Shown: in pieces, positions 28,164 to 34,327 of the stretch | How the letters are laid out: each line of letters begins with the position of its first letter | Position numbering within the stretch: position 1 is the stretch's first letter | Assembly: GCA_944350225.1 (NCBI GenBank) | Contig: CALVOH010000003.1 | Coordinates: forward strand, 1 to 34,327 | DNA from: an uncultured Clostridia bacterium | Lineage (GTDB): Bacteria > Bacillota > Clostridia > Christensenellales > UBA1242 | DNA length: 34,327 nucleotides | Direction of reading: 5' to 3' | Position numbers and translations under genes: made by a program | The notes under the pieces: model-generated | Databases searched by the model: none | What the model saw: only the letters and a program-made list of their open reading frames with translations | What the model was told of the DNA's origin: nothing

Positions 28164-28422
28164 ATATTTATAACAACCTCCTCGTTTGTGAAAATTTTTC
28201 TTTTAATTTTTTCTTTCAAAATTGACGTAAAAAATTAACTGAATCTTTTGTCTCACAATTTTAATATTGTTAATCATTTTTAAACATTAATTTGCACTAT
28301 TTACTATTAAAAGAGTAAAAATTTGAGAAAATCTTTAAAACAATAGCACTTGTTTTCTTGACAATAATTCTTCTATTTATTATAATAAACTCGACGTTTT
28401 GTTAAACAAAAGGAATTTTGAT

Positions 28423-29355
28423 ATGGATAAAAAAGTGCTTGACCATTTTCTAGAAACAGGTATGTATTCAAACCCGGGACCATATATGGAATTATATAGG
28501 TCGTTGCCTGATGATATATACGAACTACGAGAACTTGTAAACAAACAACACATTCATAAGATGTCTCTTTATCGTTCGTTTTTATCAAAGAATAACAACA
28601 AGATAAACTTAAAATACAAATGGCAAAATTATAGATGCTTAGATGACGTCCTATTAACAGCACCAGCAATGACCGCAGAATTAATAAGAATCAACGGCAA
28701 CAAGAGCCCTTTTGTGGATATTAGCCCTGACCCAAACAAGAAACTTGTTATAACATGCCGTTACGTTTCATTACTTTATGCTTCAATACTGAAAGCAAAA
28801 GGCATTCCTTGTAGATGCCGAAGCGGTTTTGCTCCATACATTTATTCCGATAGAATCGTTGACCATTGGATCGTTCAATACTATGATAAAAATTTTAATA
28901 AATGGATAAACGTTGATTCCCAAGCGAACGTAAAAAGTAAAGTTTTTAATGTGTGTAACTTCCCTAAAAATGCTTTTATCTGGGCCGCTGACGCTTGGCT
29001 TTTAATGAGAAAAAACAAATTAGTTGATAAGGAAAAGTATTATAATGGCACAAAACATTTTGGAGATGCTACTTTTGCATGGAGCCTCTTGATGGATTTC
29101 CATGCACTATTTCACGATGAAATAAATTATATCACTTTGCCAGTGTTTTTGTGGGAATGCTATGATGATATAAGCAAATTAAAAAAGACAACATTCAAGG
29201 AACTCGATCGTTTGGCTAGACTAATGCAAAATATTGATGAAAATTTTTATAAATTAAAAGAAATCTGGGAAACAAATAAAAAGTTGAGATGCGTTGCTAG
29301 TTCTTTGAACAACACTTTCTTGCATTTAGAATTAGATAAAAAAGACTTTGACTGA
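28423..29355 (+). CDS. Transglutaminase-like domain protein
   Basis: Catalytic triad motifs TCR...LKAKGIPCRCRSGF, DHW and WINVD. It has its own TTGACA-18-TATAAT promoter and an AAGGA RBS. Confidence 0.85.
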   Translation: MDKKVLDHFLETGMYSNPGPYMELYRSLPDDIYELRELVNKQHIHKMSLYRSFLSKNNNKINLKYKWQNYRCLDDVLLTAPAMTAELIRINGNKSPFVDISPDPNKKLVITCRYVSLLYASILKAKGIPCRCRSGFAPYIYSDRIVDHWIVQYYDKNFNKWINVDSQANVKSKVFNVCNFPKNAFIWAADAWLLMRKNKLVDKEKYYNGTKHFGDATFAWSLLMDFHALFHDEINYITLPVFLWECYDDISKLKKTTFKELDRLARLMQNIDENFYKLKEIWETNKKLRCVASSLNNTFLHLELDKKDFD

Positions 29356-29460
29356 TCGCAAGGATTAATTTTAATAACAGCTGTTTTATCAAAACAACAT
29401 ATCTATTGTTTATTGTAAACTTTCTTTGGGTTTTTTCAAAAATTTAATCAAAAATTAATA

Positions 29461-29493
29461 AAAAAAACTTTATCAAAATGATAAAGTTTTTTT
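29461..29493. terminator. Bidirectional terminator, copy B
   Basis: AAAAAAACTTTATCA-aaa-TGATAAAGTTTTTTT between convergent genes. Confidence 0.85.
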
Positions 29494-29496
29494 GTC

Positions 29497-29655
29497 TTAT
29501 CTTTCAAGTTCGTAATGGCTTCCAGAGTGTTGTGTAGCTGGAAATCTTTGACCTTTTTCAAGGTGTGTTGTTCCGCCACATCTTCCCTGCTCATCATAAC
29601 AAGCATAATCGCCTGTTTTTGGTGCTTGTTCGCCAGGTCTAAATTTTTCTTTCAT
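29497..29655 (-). CDS. YjzC-family small protein (52 aa)
   Basis: FRPGEQAPKTGDY...GQRFPAT pattern, with GGAGG before ATG 29655. Confidence 0.85.
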   Translation of the reverse strand: MKEKFRPGEQAPKTGDYACYDEQGRCGGTTHLEKGQRFPATQHSGSHYELER

Positions 29656-29761
29656 TTTTTTACCTCCATTTTTAGTGTGCTCAATTTGTTTAAAATAATA
29701 CACTAGTGTTGTTTTACTTGTTTTTTGTTGGTCACTAATATAAAATAAAAATGAGGTAAAT

Positions 29762-30256
29762 ATGAAAATTTATTTTGCAAAAACAAAAAAAGAGGCAATA
29801 TTGCCATCAAAAAGAATAGAAGATGCAGGTTTTGACTTGTTTGCATGTTTTGAAGGTGATTTTTTAAGATTTAATCCATTTGAAGTGAAATTAATACCAA
29901 CAGGAATAGCTTGTGCTTTTGAAGATGGTTATTATTTACAAATTGAAGAAAGATCGAGTACTGGGAAGATAAACTTAAAAAAGAATGCCGGCATTATAGA
30001 CAGTGGATATCGCGGAGAGATAATGGTGGAACTTTATAATGCAAATCCTATCCCACTTTATATATCAAAAATTGAGAAAGACGAAATAGAAAAACTAGAA
30101 AAAGAGAATTTTGTTTTTCATAATTATAACAAGGCAATTGCTCAAGCAATACTTCATGAAATTCCAAAGGTTGAAGTGGAAGAATTGTCTTTTGACGAGT
30201 TACAAAAAATCCCTTCGCTACGTGGAACAAAGGGATTTGGTTCAACTGATAAATAA
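29762..30256 (+). CDS. dut: dUTP diphosphatase (trimeric)
   Basis: AGFDL, RSS, GIIDSGYRGEI, IAQ and RGTKGFGST. Confidence 0.93.
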   Translation: MKIYFAKTKKEAILPSKRIEDAGFDLFACFEGDFLRFNPFEVKLIPTGIACAFEDGYYLQIEERSSTGKINLKKNAGIIDSGYRGEIMVELYNANPIPLYISKIEKDEIEKLEKENFVFHNYNKAIAQAILHEIPKVEVEELSFDELQKIPSLRGTKGFGSTDK

Positions 30257-30274
30257 ACAATTTGTGCGTAGATA

Positions 30275-31840
30275 TTATATTTTTGAAAGGTCTTCAAGTT
30301 CTTTTCCAACGTCTAGCCTTGGGAATAGAATTGGAAGAGGGTTTACGCTTTCAGCTTTTATAGCATAAAACTTTTTAATGTCTTCAAACGAAAATGGTGC
30401 TTCTTCGCCTAATGCGTTCAAAACTTTTGTCGAAGCGCTTGGCAAAAATGAATAGAGCAATGTTGATCCAATTCTTATGCACTCTAACAAGTTTCTCATG
30501 ACTGTTGCAAGACGATTTTGCTTTTCAGGATCTTTTGCTAAACGGAATGGCTCGGTCTTTTCAATGTAAGCATTCGCTTTTGAAAAAATGTTAAAAACAC
30601 TTGCTAGTGCTTTTGAAACATCAAAATCTTGCATATATTTCATGGCCTTCTCACTTTCGCTAAACACTTCATCCTTCAATGAAGAATCTTCTTCATCGTC
30701 TTGTGCAACGGGAACTGCGGAGTTAAAATATTTCTTTAACATTGAAAAAGTCCTGGACACAAGGTTTCCAAAATTGTTGCAAAGGTCGCTGTTAAATTTG
30801 TTTAAAAATGCTTCAGTTGAGTATGCGCCGTCAGAACCAAACGGGATCTCGCGCAACAAATAGTAACGAACTGCGTCAGATGAATATCTTGGGACCAAAA
30901 TTCTAGGATCTGTGCATTCAACAGTGTTGGTTTTTTTGCTTTTTGAAAGTTTGTCGCCTCCAAGCAAAAGCCAACCATGTCCAAAAATTTGTTTTGGCAA
31001 CGGCAAGCCTAGTGCCATTAAAACTGCAGGCCAAATTATTGCATGAAAACGGACGATGTCTTTTCCAACCATATGCACATCTGCTGGCCAATACTTTTTA
31101 AAAAGTGTTTCATCGTCAGAAAGATAGCCAAGCCCTGTCAAATAATTTGACAAAGCATCTATCCAAACATAAATGGTGTGTTTAGGGTCAAAATCTACCG
31201 GTATGCCCCACTCTACGCTTGTCCTTGTAACACAAAGGTCTTCTAATCCTGGTTTTATAAAATTGTTGACCATTTCGTTTACACGACTTGCTGGCAATAG
31301 AAATTTCGGGTTGTCTTTGTATAGTTTCAACAGTTTATCAGAAAACTCCGACAACTTAAAAAAGTATGCCTCTTCCTCTTGTTCAACAACCTCTCTGCCA
31401 CAATCAGGGCATTTGCCATTTACAAGCTGGCTTTCAGTCCAAAACGCTTCACATGGCAAACAGTAAAGACCTTTGTAAGTCGATTTATAAATATAACCAC
31501 TTTCGTAAAGTTTGTTAAAAATCTTTTTTACAGCATCAACGTGGTTTTCATCTGTTGTTCTTATAAATTTGTCATATTCTATATTTAGCATACTCCAAAG
31601 ATTTTTAGTGTCTGCAACTATCTCATCTAGTTGTTGCTTAACATCTTTTCCAGCTTTTTTTGCAGCTTCAAAAACTTTTTGCCCGTGCTCATCTGTGCCC
31701 GTCATATAGAAAACGTCCTTTCCTTCAAGTTTTTTAAAACGAGCAATAGCATCACAAATAATAGTTGTGTAGCAGTTTCCTATTGTGAGCTTAGAACTAG
31801 GATAATAAATTGGTGTTGTAATATAAAACTTTTCTTTCAT
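30275..31840 (-). CDS. metG: Methionyl-tRNA synthetase (short MetRS1 type, no C-terminal Trbp domain)
   Basis: FYITTPIYY, TGTDEHGQK, a CxxC..CxxC knuckle, YVWIDAL, GKDIVRFH and KLSKS. An alternative start is 31864. Confidence 0.95.
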   Translation of the reverse strand: MKEKFYITTPIYYPSSKLTIGNCYTTIICDAIARFKKLEGKDVFYMTGTDEHGQKVFEAAKKAGKDVKQQLDEIVADTKNLWSMLNIEYDKFIRTTDENHVDAVKKIFNKLYESGYIYKSTYKGLYCLPCEAFWTESQLVNGKCPDCGREVVEQEEEAYFFKLSEFSDKLLKLYKDNPKFLLPASRVNEMVNNFIKPGLEDLCVTRTSVEWGIPVDFDPKHTIYVWIDALSNYLTGLGYLSDDETLFKKYWPADVHMVGKDIVRFHAIIWPAVLMALGLPLPKQIFGHGWLLLGGDKLSKSKKTNTVECTDPRILVPRYSSDAVRYYLLREIPFGSDGAYSTEAFLNKFNSDLCNNFGNLVSRTFSMLKKYFNSAVPVAQDDEEDSSLKDEVFSESEKAMKYMQDFDVSKALASVFNIFSKANAYIEKTEPFRLAKDPEKQNRLATVMRNLLECIRIGSTLLYSFLPSASTKVLNALGEEAPFSFEDIKKFYAIKAESVNPLPILFPRLDVGKELEDLSKI

Positions 31841-31942
31841 GTTGTCTACGTCCTTTAAAATCATATAACAAATTTATCACACTCATCTATATTTGTCAAA
31901 CGATTGCTTTACAAAACGACTGAAAAATGCTAATATTTTGTT

Positions 31943-32377
31943 ATGGAAATATGGAAAAAAGCACTGATTTGGTGTGGTGTAATTATTGGCGGAGGAGCGA
32001 TATTCGTAATAATTGTATATGCAATTTTGCGTAACTTTTCAATCCCAACAGCACCTGCTGGTGATTATATTTTAAAAAGTGTCGAAGTCAAAACTGACGC
32101 AGGTTACGAAACTATCGAAGAGTATTTTGACAAATCGTATTTCATAACTATCGATGATGAAGGGCTCTTGATTAGCCACTCGTCCGACAAAGGCATAGTT
32201 GAAAATGACGTTGGATATGTTGTTGCAGTAATTGGTGAAGAACTTGCAATTTATTTTAACGATGATGAAGCAAACCTTGCCTATCAAGGCTACTACAAAG
32301 ATAACACAATAAAAATCGCCGTTTCGTCAAGCACTGATTTGTTTCGATACACTTACGTTTTGGAGGAGACAAAATGA
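31943..32377 (+). CDS. Hypothetical membrane-anchored protein (lipocalin-like beta domain possible)
   Basis: N-terminal TM segment and an AGDYIL motif. The promoter is TTTACA-17-TAATAT, 6 nt before the ATG. Confidence 0.75.
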   Translation: MEIWKKALIWCGVIIGGGAIFVIIVYAILRNFSIPTAPAGDYILKSVEVKTDAGYETIEEYFDKSYFITIDDEGLLISHSSDKGIVENDVGYVVAVIGEELAIYFNDDEANLAYQGYYKDNTIKIAVSSSTDLFRYTYVLEETK

Positions 32378-33063
32378 AAGTTTTTGGATTTGAAAAATTG
32401 TCAATGGTAGATTTTCCTGGACATTTGTGTTGCACAGTCTTTACAGGTGGATGCAACTTTAAATGCCCATTTTGTCAAAATTCAGATCTAGTAAAAATGC
32501 AAAACCTTCGCGAAATATATCAAGATGAGATTTTTTCATATTTGTCAAAGCGAAAAGGTGTTATTGACTCTGTGTGTATTTCAGGAGGCGAGCCTACAAT
32601 TTACCCTGATCTCGAACAATTTATAGTAAAAATAAAAAGTTTAGGCTTTCTTGTAAAGCTTGACACAAACGGCACAAATTATGAAATGTTAAAACGTTTG
32701 ATTGAAAAGAACCTTGTTGACTACGTGGCAATGGATATAAAAAATTCTTTATCTGCTTATGGTGAAACAGCAGGCACAAATTTTGTCGACTTGGAAAACA
32801 TAAAAAAAAGTGTTGAACTTTTAAAAAGAAATTTGGTTGATTATGAATTTCGAACAACATTAGTAAAACAATTTCATTCGACTTCGACGATAACAGAAAT
32901 GGCGAATTGGCTTAATGGAGCAAAAAGAATATTTTTACAACACTTTGTGGATAATGGAACTTGTTTACAAAAAGGTCTTAACGAAGTTGAAAAACAAGAC
33001 GCAGAAAAGTTTTTAGACATATTAAAAAACCACGTAAATTATGTCGAATTACGCGGTTATTAG
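32374..33063 (+). CDS. nrdG: Anaerobic ribonucleotide reductase activating enzyme (radical SAM)
   Basis: SMVDFPG, GCNFKCPFCQN, ISGGEPT, KLDTNG, AMDIK and YEFRTT. Confidence 0.88.
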   Translation: MKVFGFEKLSMVDFPGHLCCTVFTGGCNFKCPFCQNSDLVKMQNLREIYQDEIFSYLSKRKGVIDSVCISGGEPTIYPDLEQFIVKIKSLGFLVKLDTNGTNYEMLKRLIEKNLVDYVAMDIKNSLSAYGETAGTNFVDLENIKKSVELLKRNLVDYEFRTTLVKQFHSTSTITEMANWLNGAKRIFLQHFVDNGTCLQKGLNEVEKQDAEKFLDILKNHVNYVELRGY

Positions 33064-33082
33064 AAACAAATTTTTTGCTTTT

Positions 33083-33514
33083 TTATATCACGTACAATAA
33101 AATTATGAGAATTGCGCTCAAAACTGTTGTTAATATTGACAATATCATAAAAACCAATTTTAAAGTTTTTCTTTTAGCACTAAGCGAGTATGACAATATG
33201 TTTAAAATGCTAGACACAGCACTTATAATCAAACAAGGAAAGCCAAAATAGGCAAACATAGCAACTAAGCCAATAGCTGTTGCCAACTTTTCTCCCTCTT
33301 TGGCTAAAACATAATCTATAAATGTGTCCATAAATATTATTGCAAAAATTAAACCGACACAAAATAATATTATGCCAATTATCAAAAGGACATTGCTTGC
33401 GATGTTCTTTTTTCTAGCAGAATTTTCTCTTTGCATACTATCATTTGATTTCTCATTTTCAATCTTATTTATTTCTTCGTTTTGCAAAGATGTTTGCTCT
33501 TCTTCGTTTTGCAT
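33083..33514 (-). CDS. Hypothetical 3-TM membrane protein
   Basis: Charged N-terminus followed by hydrophobic segments. Confidence 0.7.
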   Translation of the reverse strand: MQNEEEQTSLQNEEINKIENEKSNDSMQRENSARKKNIASNVLLIIGIILFCVGLIFAIIFMDTFIDYVLAKEGEKLATAIGLVAMFAYFGFPCLIISAVSSILNILSYSLSAKRKTLKLVFMILSILTTVLSAILIILLYVI

Positions 33515-33657
33515 TTTTCTACCCTGTTGTCATTTTAACATATTTTAAACTTAATACAAAACACTAGAAAAATTATTTTCAACCAAGACTAATTCTTATT
33601 TTAAAAACTGTATTTAATTCTTAATTTTTTTATAAGCAAACAATTCTTGTTTTGCTT

Positions 33658-34326
33658 TCACACTAGGCTCTCCAAATACGTGCTAGCACTCGTTGCGGCT
33701 ATTGCCCCATCTGAGCAAGCAGTTGTTAGCTGTCTAACCTTTTTTAGTCTGCAATCTCCAGCTACAAACAAACCCCGTGTTTTTGTCTCCATGTTCTCAT
33801 TGGCTATGATATAACCGTCTTTCGACAAATCCACAAGTTGAGAATAAATTTTGTTGTTTGGCACTTGGCCTATCGCAACAAAAAGTGCTTTGCTTTTTAG
33901 CGTAAATCTCTGTTTTTGTGTGTCTTCAAAAACAAGTCCTTCAAGCTCGTTTTTTCCAATAAGCTCAACAAGTTTGGCGTTATGTGTTATTTTTACGTTC
34001 TCTTTTTTTAATAAAGCGTTTACTAGATTTTGATCGCCAAAAAATTTGTCAAACATCGTTACAACATGAACACCTTTGCACTGCGAAGATAAAAGAAGCG
34101 CATATTGAAGAGCAGTATTGCCATCTCCTATTAAAACAACTTCATCTCCCGCATAAAACGCACCATCGCATAGAGCACAATAGCTTATACCATGCCCAAT
34201 CAAATTTTCTTCATTTTCTAAATTTAATTTTCTGTGCTCGACACCGGAAGCAATGATTACTGCCCTCGCTTCCAATTTGTCAAACTCAGTTTTAACAACG
34301 AATATGTCGCCGATTTTTTCTAAACG
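33658..34326 (-). CDS. trxB: Thioredoxin reductase (5' end outside the window)
   Basis: IIASG, GISYCALCDG, IGDGNTA, FVAIGQVPN, AGDCR and QLTTA.SDG. The frame is open to the window edge. Confidence 0.92.
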   Translation of the reverse strand, partial: RLEKIGDIFVVKTEFDKLEARAVIIASGVEHRKLNLENEENLIGHGISYCALCDGAFYAGDEVVLIGDGNTALQYALLLSSQCKGVHVVTMFDKFFGDQNLVNALLKKENVKITHNAKLVELIGKNELEGLVFEDTQKQRFTLKSKALFVAIGQVPNNKIYSQLVDLSKDGYIIANENMETKTRGLFVAGDCRLKKVRQLTTACSDGAIAATSASTYLESLV

Positions 34327-34327
34327 T

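Larger units (their letters stand above)
25124..29493. mobile_element. Decayed integrative island at tRNA-Ser (right boundary uncertain)
   Basis: A recombinase remnant abuts the tRNA 3' end and AT-rich cargo genes follow. No second att copy was found. Confidence 0.55.

Noticed and set aside
25124-29760. attR copy of the tRNA-Ser 3' end
   Set aside because: I found no repeat of the tRNA 3' sequence by eye, so the island's right boundary remains undefined.
31841-31942. T-box or SAM riboswitch upstream of metG
   Set aside because: The region is only ~100 bp and is occupied by divergent promoters. No riboswitch motif is visible.
1433-34256. Many short ORFs in the track that are antisense to or overlap known genes (e.g. 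1819-2127, 4678-5025, 17703-18098, 18909-19247, 24235-24519)
   Set aside because: They are shadows of well-supported genes and have no RBS or recognisable motifs.

Overview
This is an AT-rich chromosomal window from a spore-forming Clostridia-like firmicute (inferred from spo0A, spoIIE and cwlD, plus SigA-type promoters and GGAGG Shine-Dalgarno sites). Core genes are tilS, spoIIE, gmk, cwlD, gatCAB-aspS, spo0A, a YqeY protein, glmM, an acetyltransferase-only glmU, dut, metG, nrdG and trxB (partial), with tRNA-Met(CAT) and tRNA-Ser(GCT). Accessory content includes a degenerate ankyrin-like protein beside a truncated cwlD copy, a 1130-bp near-identical duplication of an Ig-domain gene flanking glmM-glmU, and a decayed serine-recombinase island at tRNA-Ser with cargo genes and a duplicated yjzC 3' end. 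The best candidate for an undescribed system is a complete ribosome-mediated attenuator upstream of gatCAB-aspS: an unannotated 18-aa leader peptide with 7 Asn codons (6 consecutive) and mutually exclusive protector, antiterminator and terminator helices, sitting where a T-box would be expected. Also notable are a Spo0A whose phosphoacceptor Asp is replaced by Glu and a MetRS with TIGN in place of HIGH. All calls come from reading motifs by eye; no database searches or RNA folding were run.
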